This document shows, piece after piece, positions 15,686 to 25,318 of a DNA stretch of 64,000 nucleotides. Made by a program: the position numbers and the translations under genes. How positions within the stretch are numbered: position 1 is the first letter of the stretch; the number at the start of each line of letters is the position of its first letter. The stretch spans positions 77,807 to 141,806 of the IMG/VR virus record IMGVR_UViG_3300032018_000001; one strand, 5' to 3'. This stretch comes from a virus. Below the pieces are notes generated by a model. The model was not told the origin of the DNA, did not search any database, and worked only from the letters and a program-made list of their open reading frames with translations.

Positions 15686-17710
15686 ATGCCTACATTATCA
15701 CGCTCTGTATGCGTAGCAAATGTGCAGAAGACGGCGGGAACGCTGGCTATCAGCTCTGATGGCCTCACGGTAACGCTTTCAGGTGCTACGTTTGAAACGC
15801 GATGGGGAAAGGGTGATAAGATTGTTTGCGGCGGAGATACGGTATACGTACTGAGTAAAACCAGTAGCACTGTCATGACCGTGCAGGTAGCATTCTCCGT
15901 AGGCAACCGCAACACCTCAGGAAATTCTTACACGCTGAACAGAGCCTACTCTGGTGCTACTGCTATTGCTACGGCTTACGCGGCGTGTCCCTCCGACCTC
16001 CAAGCCATTACTTCTATTTACGAAATGGTACTGTACAAGGATGGCGGAAATTTTTTGGAGCAGATAAATTTTAACACTGCTATTACTACGGGTTACGGCG
16101 TTGATACCGGGTACTATATTAAACTCACAGCGGCAACTAAAGACCGTCACACCGGAATCCGCGGCACAGGAGTTAGAATAAGACCAGCTCCCGGCTCACT
16201 GTCAGGTACGTGTCACTACTTTAACAATCCTACAAGAATAGAGTGGATTGAATGGGATGGCGCTGATGTAAGTACCGTATGGTCAGGCACATTTGATGGC
16301 ACTGCAATAGCTTTGAATAGCAGTGCGGCTGATTATGGGCCCGCATACTTCCGGAATAATATTGTTTATGATTGGAGTAGAACATCCACGGGCGGCAGTG
16401 CTTACGGTGTTATTGTTTTAGCCATGGGTGCTCTTTACAGAGGTAATTACGCCTACAACAATAGATTTTTTGGAAATGGAAAATCCGGATATGCTACTGC
16501 TGTGCTGCACTTAGCTGTCTCAGGAACGCATGCTTACACAGGAAATTCTTTACTCCACAATAGCAGTCTTACTGGCACAAATCACAAAGGTATCACCTAT
16601 TCCACAATAATCTCTGAGGTTATCATTGCGTATAATAATGCTGTTTTAGATTTCAGTACCTGTCTTAGTTTGTATACAGGTTCCACAGAAGATTACAACC
16701 TTGTCTCTGACACTTCAACAACCGGAGCTCACAGTTTAAACAGTAAGACATCTGCTAACCAGTTTGTCAATGTAACCAGCGGAACGGAAGACTTGAATTT
16801 GAAAGCTGGCGCGGATGCTATCGGTGTTGGCAGTAACATGGGTACTACCTATGAGAACCTTAACATTGATATTCTGAATAATACCCGTGGTAGCACCTGG
16901 GACATCGGCGCGTCACAGAAAACCAAGATTGTTAAAGTGCATGTCCTGGACGGACAGCAGAGTATAGGAGGAAGTTTTTCTGCTACTACGGCTTCCTTCG
17001 CGCCTGCAGCAAACAAGCTGTATATAATTTCTGTGTGGACTACTACGAGTTACGGCTCTACCGGAGACCCGGTGCTCACTTCGTCTACTGGGCTCGCGCC
17101 TGTTCTCGTGGATAAGATTAATGGTACAAATACTTTTGATTTGCGACTGTGGACGTACCGGGCTATGAAACCTTCCGGCCTGAGCAGCGGCACGCTTACA
17201 TTTACCTGGAGTGGCGTTCCTGTTGACCGCATACGCTGGAGCATCGAGGAGTTTGACGGAGTGGACACCAGCGGAAGTGATGGCTCAGGTGCTATTGTTC
17301 AATTTGCACACAATACTGGCGCTGTGAGTGCAGGTAATGAATTCCTGCCCGTAACGCTTTCTGATTTTTCAAACTCAAATAATTTCGGCTATATGAGCGA
17401 GGGTGCTTATGGTTATGACCAGCAAACAGTAACTGCTACTGGTTTCTGTCCTATGGCAAATCTCATAACAGAGGGCAGCACTGCTAATTCTTTCTCTACA
17501 TGGATTAGAGATGGAAATCCCTCAGTCTCTGCTAATATCATACACCAGATAAATTCAAATTCCGCGGTGGCCCTGGCTATAGCTTTGGAAGTAAAAGCTC
17601 AGACTACTACAGCAATAAGCAAAGTGAACGGTGTGAGTTTTTCTGCTATCACAAAAATAAATGGCGTCAATAAATCAGCAATCAACAAACTTAACGGCGT
17701 GCAAGCGTAA
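15686..17710 (+). CDS. virion appendage protein with right-handed beta-helix domain
   Basis: NNIVY/YNN ladders, DLNLKAGADAIGVG..WDIGA motif; C-terminal 3x AIxK(V/I/L)NGV. Confidence 0.7.
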   Translation: MPTLSRSVCVANVQKTAGTLAISSDGLTVTLSGATFETRWGKGDKIVCGGDTVYVLSKTSSTVMTVQVAFSVGNRNTSGNSYTLNRAYSGATAIATAYAACPSDLQAITSIYEMVLYKDGGNFLEQINFNTAITTGYGVDTGYYIKLTAATKDRHTGIRGTGVRIRPAPGSLSGTCHYFNNPTRIEWIEWDGADVSTVWSGTFDGTAIALNSSAADYGPAYFRNNIVYDWSRTSTGGSAYGVIVLAMGALYRGNYAYNNRFFGNGKSGYATAVLHLAVSGTHAYTGNSLLHNSSLTGTNHKGITYSTIISEVIIAYNNAVLDFSTCLSLYTGSTEDYNLVSDTSTTGAHSLNSKTSANQFVNVTSGTEDLNLKAGADAIGVGSNMGTTYENLNIDILNNTRGSTWDIGASQKTKIVKVHVLDGQQSIGGSFSATTASFAPAANKLYIISVWTTTSYGSTGDPVLTSSTGLAPVLVDKINGTNTFDLRLWTYRAMKPSGLSSGTLTFTWSGVPVDRIRWSIEEFDGVDTSGSDGSGAIVQFAHNTGAVSAGNEFLPVTLSDFSNSNNFGYMSEGAYGYDQQTVTATGFCPMANLITEGSTANSFSTWIRDGNPSVSANIIHQINSNSAVALAIALEVKAQTTTAISKVNGVSFSAITKINGVNKSAINKLNGVQA

Positions 17711-17719
17711 GGAGCTATA

Positions 17720-18043
17720 ATGCGTAATGACCTTGTGAAGAAAGCAGTTGCTGACTTTTTTAAGGATTATCCTTTGAAGACAGCTGGAAAGGGAACATCC
17801 TTTTCCGTTCCCGGATGGATTACACAGAATGCTCCTGAGCTGACCTCTGAAGAGCGCCGGGAAGTCAATGTGCTGGTTGACCGGCAAATCATGTCCAAGA
17901 AATCAGAAGGTGTGGCCCGGCTGGAGGAGACCCTGGAAAACATCGGCAACTTTGGCGGCAAGAAAGCTCCTCCGTTTAAGAAGAAAGAAAAAAGCCGTCT
18001 GGAAAGTCTACTCGGTGAAAAAGAAACCCCCACATCAAAATAA
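17720..18043 (+). CDS. putative internal head protein
   Basis: ARLEETLE / SRLESLLGE motifs. Confidence 0.55.
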   Translation: MRNDLVKKAVADFFKDYPLKTAGKGTSFSVPGWITQNAPELTSEERREVNVLVDRQIMSKKSEGVARLEETLENIGNFGGKKAPPFKKKEKSRLESLLGEKETPTSK

Positions 18044-18108
18044 CTTAGGCTCGGTGGGGATGCCGGGGCTGCAGCGCGACTGGGTAAAAACAAGTATTAA
18101 GGATTAAA

Positions 18109-18297
18109 ATGCGAAAGCTTGATAAACTTTTAACTGAGCGTTACGGCATGGAGCGTACCGGGTTTGCTCAGGGCCTGCGCGTGGACATAAACCAGTACGG
18201 TATCAAGGCTGTCATTCACGGACTGGTGGATGTGCTGAATACCAGCAATCCGGATGAGAAGCGGGTAAGCGATGCACTTAGCAAGGTACTACCATGA
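18109..18297 (+). CDS. putative internal head protein
   Basis: N-terminal RKLDKLLTE. Confidence 0.55.
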   Translation: MRKLDKLLTERYGMERTGFAQGLRVDINQYGIKAVIHGLVDVLNTSNPDEKRVSDALSKVLP

Positions 18298-19055
18298 GCA
18301 ATAAAACATCCTTCAGAGATAACATTAAGCGGGCGCTAGGCTTTCCACTCCTTGACGTGGAGCTAGATGAGAAACTAAACATCAATGACAATAACACCAA
18401 GGATGATTACGACTGGATTGAAGAGCAGGTACTACGGAAGATTCGCACGTACTTCCCCTGCGAGTACATCATCTCCCGGCCGGTGCCCGGCACGCAGGGA
18501 GATAATAAGGTATCTATCGGTGGCAACGGCTTTATTGACCTGTCCAACGAAGACATCCTGACCGTGAAGGAAGTTTACAGTATTAGGCCTAAGGTTGCTT
18601 CGGGTGACGTGCTACTCCCGTGGAGCCTTGTCAGAATCTGGGAAAAGATTTGGGTAGGGGCCAGCGAGTTTGTTGGCACTGACCTGCTACTGTACAAAAA
18701 TGAATTGAGCATGCTGGCCAAGGCCTCAGATAATGTATTCTGGTGGAAGTGGTATGAAGCTGAACGAAAGCTTTATATTTGCAACACGCCCAGCTGGGCT
18801 AACAGTATCGGTATTATGTGCCTGAAGGGCGTGGACAGGATTGACCACATTGATGAGCGCTCAATAGAATACGGACTGGCCCTGAAGCTTGCTATCGGAT
18901 GGGCCAAGGTTAAAATAGGCCAGACCTTCCGCAAGTATGAAGTGGATGGCATGAGAATGCCCGGCCAGAATTACACGGATGAGGGCAAAGACGAAATTGA
19001 CAAGGCTGAAGAAAAAATTGAAGAGATGAGATACTACCCCGGAGGTTTATCATGA
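18294..19055 (+). CDS. neck/head-completion protein, T4 gp13-like
   Basis: IKRALGFPLLDVELDE N-terminus; KIGQTFRKY...MPG...EG.DEI...EE C-terminus. Confidence 0.75.
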   Translation: MSNKTSFRDNIKRALGFPLLDVELDEKLNINDNNTKDDYDWIEEQVLRKIRTYFPCEYIISRPVPGTQGDNKVSIGGNGFIDLSNEDILTVKEVYSIRPKVASGDVLLPWSLVRIWEKIWVGASEFVGTDLLLYKNELSMLAKASDNVFWWKWYEAERKLYICNTPSWANSIGIMCLKGVDRIDHIDERSIEYGLALKLAIGWAKVKIGQTFRKYEVDGMRMPGQNYTDEGKDEIDKAEEKIEEMRYYPGGLS

Positions 19056-19378
19056 AGAAGCTCGCAAGTGTTGTCGAAAAAGCAAGTAACTGGATTCAAA
19101 AGGCCTTTGGCAAAGAGGAAGAGGCCTATGAGGCTTGGCAAGAAAAGGCTGTGGCCAATCTCATGAAAGAACGCGGCATGAGTAAGGAGGAAGCTGAGAA
19201 CTGGATTCAGAAGGCCATAAAGCACCCTGGCGCTCTTTCCAAAGAGTATCCGGGCATGGCCAAGGATAGCAAGGATGAATTCACAAACGCTCAGCTTGAC
19301 AGAATTGCTGCTAAGGGTGGCATTGATGCGAAGCGTGCCAATTTGGCTAAGACGTTGAAAAAGTTTCACAAAGAATAG
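19052..19378 (+). CDS. putative internal head protein
   Basis: KKLASVVEKA; repeated NWIQKA; KRANLAKTLKK. Confidence 0.6.
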   Translation: MKKLASVVEKASNWIQKAFGKEEEAYEAWQEKAVANLMKERGMSKEEAENWIQKAIKHPGALSKEYPGMAKDSKDEFTNAQLDRIAAKGGIDAKRANLAKTLKKFHKE

Positions 19379-19414
19379 TGTATCTTAAACGTATAACTTT
19401 TTAAGGAGGTTCAG

Positions 19415-19804
19415 ATGGCAGCAGGTTTTGTTTACATTACGGATGTGGTTGCGGTTGACGGCGCGGTCACGAAGACCATGAATGCAGACGGTGTTACTGT
19501 CAAAAGTGTCGAAGCAAACGGTTACGGAAAGCTGGTGACTGTTTCTGTTGCGGCCGAAACGGGCGAGCAGGAATACAAGCCGAAAGTTTCCGTGAATGGC
19601 GCTCTCTGCGCTAACCTCACCCGGCAGTCAAACGGTGACTGGACAGGCACCGTGGAAGTTTACATTGTGGGCGAGACACAGCTGGTTGCCAAGCACGAAG
19701 ACGGCGATGATTACGTGGTTCCGCTTATCACGGATGCCACGACAACCACGACCACGACCACAACGACAACGACAACCACGACAACGACCACAAGCGGCGT
19801 ATAA
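19415..19804 (+). CDS. virion decoration-like protein: ~100-aa beta module + T18-SGV tail
   Basis: paralogous module in 21975, 23342 and 26641 genes; AAGGAGG RBS. Confidence 0.7.
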   Translation: MAAGFVYITDVVAVDGAVTKTMNADGVTVKSVEANGYGKLVTVSVAAETGEQEYKPKVSVNGALCANLTRQSNGDWTGTVEVYIVGETQLVAKHEDGDDYVVPLITDATTTTTTTTTTTTTTTTTTSGV

Positions 19805-19852
19805 CGAAAAAGGATAGCAGGCTGGGATAAAACCCAGCCTGCTACTACTAAT

Positions 19853-20347
19853 ATGAGCGAGAGATTAAAAAGCGTTTTGGAAAAGGCCCGCGGAATCATC
19901 AAGGAGGATTCATCTACTATCCTTCCTGAGAATCTTCCTTTTGGTATTGATGAGCGGGTACTACGGTACTTCGTTCAGAATCCCATGCCTGCGGACAAAG
20001 ACTTCCACAAGTTTGCTGCAGGGATAAAGGTTGACCCCAGCAAGGCGGAAGAGAACGCTTACATCCTGGCTACTATCGGTGCGATGTTTGTAGCCGGTGG
20101 CCGGTCAAACGCTGAGGGCGTGGGCGAGAAGGATGTGGATGCGGAAGAGATGCGTAAAGGTATTATTGTGGAAGCTGAGCATACAGTAGCAGGCGATAAC
20201 AAGGTTGCTGTGTTTATCCGGAAACGGATTATGCTCGACCATCCCGCGGAGCTTGGCAAGAAGTCTGCTAAGGATAGCAAGTACTACGCCCGGCTTGCCG
20301 AGCTTGAAAAAGCTGACAGAAAAGAGGCTGGCATTGAAAAAGCTTAA
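19853..20347 (+). CDS. DUF5661-like putative internal head protein
   Basis: KGIIVEAEHT...IMLDH..E....YYARL..LEK. Confidence 0.6.
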   Translation: MSERLKSVLEKARGIIKEDSSTILPENLPFGIDERVLRYFVQNPMPADKDFHKFAAGIKVDPSKAEENAYILATIGAMFVAGGRSNAEGVGEKDVDAEEMRKGIIVEAEHTVAGDNKVAVFIRKRIMLDHPAELGKKSAKDSKYYARLAELEKADRKEAGIEKA

Positions 20348-20747
20348 TGAAGTAGTAGGCGCTCTTGAACGCCTGGAAAATGCTGGCTACACGCAAATCT
20401 CCAAAGGGGATTTTCGCTGTGGTCTATGCACGGCTATTCAGAAAGAAAACAACTGTAGAATTAACCATGCTACGGTTAATCCTGGCAAAGGTTGCTGCAA
20501 CAAATTTTATCCTCAGGGCGGAGCGGAAGGAAAAGATGAATGGCCTGATGCTGTGACGGCTGAAGATGTTGTTGAAAAATTACGAAACATAAAGAAGCGC
20601 AAAGAGGGTGCGTGGTCACTTATGAGTGAGCCTGCGAGAGAAGCGCTTTTCAGAAAGACACCGGCTGACCGGTATGCTGCTGATACCCGTAGCATGCTAA
20701 AGAAACAGCAGCACAAACTTCCTACTGATATTCCTGAAAGCAAATAG
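20334..20747 (+). CDS. putative internal head protein with HiPIP-like 4-Cys motif
   Basis: Y......RCGLC.....C.......P..GCCNKF; start estimated at TTG 20334. Confidence 0.5.
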   Translation: MKKLNEVVGALERLENAGYTQISKGDFRCGLCTAIQKENNCRINHATVNPGKGCCNKFYPQGGAEGKDEWPDAVTAEDVVEKLRNIKKRKEGAWSLMSEPAREALFRKTPADRYAADTRSMLKKQQHKLPTDIPESK

Positions 20748-20768
20748 AAACTTATTAAGGAGCACACC

Positions 20769-21773
20769 ATGCCAATCGAGAAAAAAGACGGGACATTCAA
20801 ACTGGCCGAAATTCTGGAAGATAACGAATTAAAATATTTATACCATGTCAAGGAGAATTCCATGAAACTGAAAGAAATTCTGAAAGGCCACAACGGCACC
20901 AAACTGTCTGAAGCGCTCGACAAGGCCGAAGACATGACCCCGGAAATCGGCAAGAAGATGGGACGCCCTGACCTTGGCGCTTACGGCCAGAAGAAAAAAG
21001 GCGAAGGCGCTCAGGCTGAAGACAAAGTGAAGGCCAAGAAAAAAGAAAGCGATGATGACCTTCAACGTGTGAACAAAGACGCGGATGTGGAAGGCCCTCT
21101 TCGCCGCTGGTCAGAGCCTACCAGAATCACGACCATCGTAAAGGAAGCGGAAGACTTCCTGAAAAAGGGCGATGATGACTGCGGAGATGACGATGAGCGG
21201 GAAGACGTAGGCGCGGCTGGGTCAGATGACAAAGGCAAGAAAGAGCCTGCCAAAGATGAAAAGAAGAAGGGCGATGAGGACATGGGTACTATGGGTAATG
21301 AGCCCAAAATTGCAGAGGTATTACGGCAGGCCGAAGACATGACCCCGGAAGTCGGCAAGAAGATGAAACGTGATGACCTGGGTAAGTACGGCCGCAAGGG
21401 CTGGGAGAAGGAAGTTAAGACGGACGGCGAAGCGCCGAAAGTCTCCAAAGGCGAAGCACGGCTGCAGAGTGCTCTCCAGCGCTACACAGAGGCTGACCAA
21501 TTCAAGTACACCGGGAACGCGGACAAGGATTTCACGGATGAGCACCCGCTGATTCCTGACCTTGCTATCGAGACGGCTGTGGAGAAGCACCGCGGCGTGG
21601 AGCCTGAAGATGTTGAAACGGTAGCCGACATCATGAAAAAGAAATTTAAGGATGTGTACAAAGCAAATTCCAGCTGGGGCAAACAGATTCTGAATGGCCG
21701 GGGTAACACTGGCCGGGATATGCTTTACACGTTTGTAAATCACTGGGTTGACGCCTATCTTGCTAAGAGGTAG
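20769..21773 (+). CDS. highly charged prohead core/internal protein with internal repeats
   Basis: 2x AEDMTPE(I/V)GKKM.R.DLG.YG; motif shared with scaffold. Confidence 0.65.
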   Translation: MPIEKKDGTFKLAEILEDNELKYLYHVKENSMKLKEILKGHNGTKLSEALDKAEDMTPEIGKKMGRPDLGAYGQKKKGEGAQAEDKVKAKKKESDDDLQRVNKDADVEGPLRRWSEPTRITTIVKEAEDFLKKGDDDCGDDDEREDVGAAGSDDKGKKEPAKDEKKKGDEDMGTMGNEPKIAEVLRQAEDMTPEVGKKMKRDDLGKYGRKGWEKEVKTDGEAPKVSKGEARLQSALQRYTEADQFKYTGNADKDFTDEHPLIPDLAIETAVEKHRGVEPEDVETVADIMKKKFKDVYKANSSWGKQILNGRGNTGRDMLYTFVNHWVDAYLAKR

Positions 21774-21774
21774 T

Positions 21775-21978
21775 ATGCGGTGGTTACTATTGTTCTTTTT
21801 ATTGCTGGCAGGTTGTGGCGTTCAGAAGACGCTCATTGTGTGTCCGGATGGCCGCAACATCCAGAAGTGCGCAGAGGAAACTCTGAAGAAGAAAATCAGA
21901 ATCTTGGATATTAATTCTGGGTCTGAAAAAGGAATTTTTGAAATTAAATATCAAATAGAAAAGGATAATAGCTTATGA
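21775..21978 (+). CDS. lipoprotein
   Basis: MRWLLLFFLLLAGC lipobox. Confidence 0.7.
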   Translation: MRWLLLFFLLLAGCGVQKTLIVCPDGRNIQKCAEETLKKKIRILDINSGSEKGIFEIKYQIEKDNSL

Positions 21979-23333
21979 TTTTTAAAACACTGAAAGCTGG
22001 AGGAGATTACGCGACAGCTGCTGCTATGTGGGCGGATATTGGGGCCATGCTTCAGGCAGGCCTTACTGACCACATAGACGTAGAAGTTGACGGCGTGTTT
22101 GGTGACCCGGCTGTAACTTATACACATTCCACAGGAGCAGGACATAACTTTAATGCTTTCAATGTAACCATCCATTCTGCATCTACTCCTGCTACCCTAC
22201 TGGGTATTTTTGTTTTATCTCAGCCAGGAAGCCCCGCAGGCACTGGCAACTTGTATTTCAATCGTCTAATGATGGGGTCAAACAACTACTATGTTGTCAA
22301 AATGGCTACCAGCGCATCTAATAGAGCATTTTTTCAAGGATGCTTACTTGCCTTTCGCACTAACATTGCTGTTAGCGTTGCCGACTCTTCTGCTCAGGGA
22401 GCGGGAAGCATTAATAATTGTATCATCCTTATCTCAGGCACTGGTGGCTTAGCTATTTACACCGTAGGTACGTTCTATAATAACTTTGTGGGATTTTTTA
22501 GCGATACTGAGTTGACTCTGCAAAATGGCGGAGGTCAGGCTAACTCTGATAACACTTTCTGGAATTACGGAAGTGGAGCATTCACTTTTGCTGGAACATG
22601 GAATGCAACAACAAGCGACACTGATCCTCTTCTTGTTGGTGGAAATGTTATTGCCAGTGCTACCGATAGTGTTGCTGATATGCTTGCCGCAAATAGTCAA
22701 TCTTCTGAACTTTCCTGTCTTGTGAATTCTGTAGGAGCAGGTGGACTTGCTTTCGTGTATTCTCCTGACCTGCTAGGTGTGGAGCGTCCACAGGGAGCGG
22801 CTTCTGACAGAGGGTGCTATGAGCTGGTAATTGCGACCACCACAACCACAACCACAACCACGACCACAACCACAACCACGACCTTGACAACTACGACAAC
22901 CACAACCACAACAACTCAGACGGAAACCACGACTACAACCACGTTGACAACTACGACAACCACGACAACAACACTGAATCCGTTTCCGGATACGCCGCCC
23001 GTGCCGGTAGTACCTACCCCCGGTGCAGCAGGCTCAGTCTTCATTCATGATGTGGCGGGCATTGACGGTCTGGTTGTCAAAAACTTCAACTCAGACGGAA
23101 CGGTGCGTTACATTGAAGCAATCGGCGGAAGCAAGATTCAGGTGTCAGTATCGGCCCGCGTAGGTACACATAACTACAGGCCGGTAGTGACGGTGAACGG
23201 TGCCGTGGTTGATACCTTTACACGGCAAGCAAATGGTGACTGGCTAGGCACAGTGCTGGTGGCTTTGGATGATGAGCTGCATGTCCGCCATGAAGATAAC
23301 GGGCACTCAGCAATTCCTGTTGTACGAACATAA
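21975..23333 (+). CDS. beta-helix + 46-aa Thr-rich linker + ~100-aa shared module
   Basis: Thr tract 22836-22973; C-terminal module paralogous to 26641 gene. Confidence 0.7.
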   Translation: MIFKTLKAGGDYATAAAMWADIGAMLQAGLTDHIDVEVDGVFGDPAVTYTHSTGAGHNFNAFNVTIHSASTPATLLGIFVLSQPGSPAGTGNLYFNRLMMGSNNYYVVKMATSASNRAFFQGCLLAFRTNIAVSVADSSAQGAGSINNCIILISGTGGLAIYTVGTFYNNFVGFFSDTELTLQNGGGQANSDNTFWNYGSGAFTFAGTWNATTSDTDPLLVGGNVIASATDSVADMLAANSQSSELSCLVNSVGAGGLAFVYSPDLLGVERPQGAASDRGCYELVIATTTTTTTTTTTTTTTTLTTTTTTTTTTQTETTTTTTLTTTTTTTTTLNPFPDTPPVPVVPTPGAAGSVFIHDVAGIDGLVVKNFNSDGTVRYIEAIGGSKIQVSVSARVGTHNYRPVVTVNGAVVDTFTRQANGDWLGTVLVALDDELHVRHEDNGHSAIPVVRT

Positions 23334-23341
23334 GGGGAAAT

Positions 23342-25318
23342 ATGTCTGAACAAGAACGCACAGTCAGTGACCTGCTTGCTATCTTTCACGATAACAATAG
23401 CAAGGACATCTCTGCCGGTAGTAGTAGAGACTTTATCTATTCTTCTTATGGTAAGCTGCACGGTAAGCAGCTTACCGCAGCAGACTCTACGTACACGATG
23501 ACGGCGGATGACTTTGCTTTGTATTGTGACACTGCGCAAGGCAATATCAATGTTATCCTGCTGGAAGGTGTGGATTCTAACAGCAGGTTTGTTCTTATTG
23601 TCAATGTTGGCAGTAACGCTGTCGTGTTGACGGCTAACGGAGCTGACACCTTTTTTCGCGGCGGCGAGAGCTTAACCATTAAAGGTATGACATCTGCCCT
23701 ACTTTATAAAATAGGGACAGTGTGGTCTGCTATTAACGGTTCAGGCAATGCTGGCGTTTTTATTACTGATGCTAATCCTACAGCAGGAGGCACAGTAAGC
23801 GGCAAAACTTATGCGGATGGTATAGTACTCACATCCTTTGATTCAGACACGCGAAGCCTTACCATTTCAGTTACGGCGCTCACCGGTACTACACACTGGA
23901 AACCTGTAGTAAGCGTCAACGGATTTTCTGTGACCAACTTTACACAGCAAGCTGATGGACGCTGGACAGGCACCGTTGATATTGTTCTGCCGGGCAGTGA
24001 TGCTTCCTATCCGATTGTGGCGTTGCATGAAGATGGCGGAGCAGGAGTATCCTTGCTAAGCATAGCAGCAGGGCCGGTACTTACTGACCTGCGCCTCACC
24101 GGAGGCTATCCTGTAAGCCAGTCAGAGCTTAAGCAGAATGATTCTTTTTCAATCACATTTACCGCGGACAGTCCGTGTGCCCAAATTGAGATTGAAGATT
24201 TTGAAGCTGCACAGGCAGGACTGCTTACTGTTTCAGGAACAGGCCCTACTGTTGTTAGCGTTGCTATTGCTAATCGCGGAGCTGGTACTATAGCAAACCA
24301 GCGCGTTAAGGTGCGCTGCAAAGGTGCTAATGGTATTTGGGGCGGTTACTTTATGACTGATGCCTTTGGTGTAGGAGATGGTTCAGCCTATGTGCAGCTC
24401 AATAATGATGTTCCGGTTATAAGTGCTATTGCTCAGGTCAACATTGATTACCCTGCTACACAGGCTGCGTTAAAGAACGCAGAACAGGCTATCGTCCACC
24501 ATACCGTAACTTTTCCCACCGGAACGGGCTCTGCAGCGTACACGAGCCCTAACGGCGACTTAACGGTTGCTAATCCTTCTACGTATGAAACTGCCAAGGT
24601 TGTTACGCGAGCAGGCGGAAGCTACAACGTGGGTACTACTAACCTTACTATCGTAGCAACCAAAACCAGCAATCAAGCTCAGGTCACAAGAAACGCGGTT
24701 GTGTGCATTGCTAATGTTGCCTGCACGCTATCGGTTGCTACACCTTATGCACGACTCAGAAGCGGCGGCAGCATGGGAACCAGCGCTCAGAATTACAGTA
24801 TCACGCTTACTGCAAACCAGCAGCTCTACGCTGCTCCTACGCTTGCAGCGCCGGTAGGCAACTGGCAAGGCGGTGGCTTTGCGGGCGGGCCTTCCGTATG
24901 GACGCGCACACTTCAGATTGATGATACCATGGCCAAGGGCACACAAAGCTGGGGTGCTGTATCAGGTACTAATCTTGCAGGCATTGTTACCAGTGCTATT
25001 ACAGGAACGTCAACGTACGTTCTAGGCGGTTTTGTTTCCAGGAATCTTGTGATGACACCCGCATGGCCTAACAGAGAAACGAGCATAGGTACGCAAGTAT
25101 CTGACACGAGCAAATTAACCTGTCTTAATAACAGCAAAGGTTCCGGATACAGCATTACCTTTCAAACTTCAACCACAAACGCTGTTGACAAGTTTACGGT
25201 TACGCAGCCTACTACAGTGTACAATCCTGCAGGCAACCTGCTGTACAACTGTGACCAGGCCAACGCAGTAAATAACACTCTGGGAACGGATGTCTTCGTA
25301 CTGGAAGAGGTGGTATAA
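23342..25318 (+). CDS. fibre/appendage protein with Ig-like repeats and one copy of the shared module
   Basis: Gly/Thr/Val-rich beta sequence; AGVFITD..KPVVSVNG..QADG.WTGTV..HEDG. Confidence 0.65.
   Translation: MSEQERTVSDLLAIFHDNNSKDISAGSSRDFIYSSYGKLHGKQLTAADSTYTMTADDFALYCDTAQGNINVILLEGVDSNSRFVLIVNVGSNAVVLTANGADTFFRGGESLTIKGMTSALLYKIGTVWSAINGSGNAGVFITDANPTAGGTVSGKTYADGIVLTSFDSDTRSLTISVTALTGTTHWKPVVSVNGFSVTNFTQQADGRWTGTVDIVLPGSDASYPIVALHEDGGAGVSLLSIAAGPVLTDLRLTGGYPVSQSELKQNDSFSITFTADSPCAQIEIEDFEAAQAGLLTVSGTGPTVVSVAIANRGAGTIANQRVKVRCKGANGIWGGYFMTDAFGVGDGSAYVQLNNDVPVISAIAQVNIDYPATQAALKNAEQAIVHHTVTFPTGTGSAAYTSPNGDLTVANPSTYETAKVVTRAGGSYNVGTTNLTIVATKTSNQAQVTRNAVVCIANVACTLSVATPYARLRSGGSMGTSAQNYSITLTANQQLYAAPTLAAPVGNWQGGGFAGGPSVWTRTLQIDDTMAKGTQSWGAVSGTNLAGIVTSAITGTSTYVLGGFVSRNLVMTPAWPNRETSIGTQVSDTSKLTCLNNSKGSGYSITFQTSTTNAVDKFTVTQPTTVYNPAGNLLYNCDQANAVNNTLGTDVFVLEEVV

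Noticed and set aside
22836-22973. ACN tracts as microsatellites or assembly artefacts
   Set aside because: Third positions are scrambled and the frame is always Thr, indicating protein-level selection.
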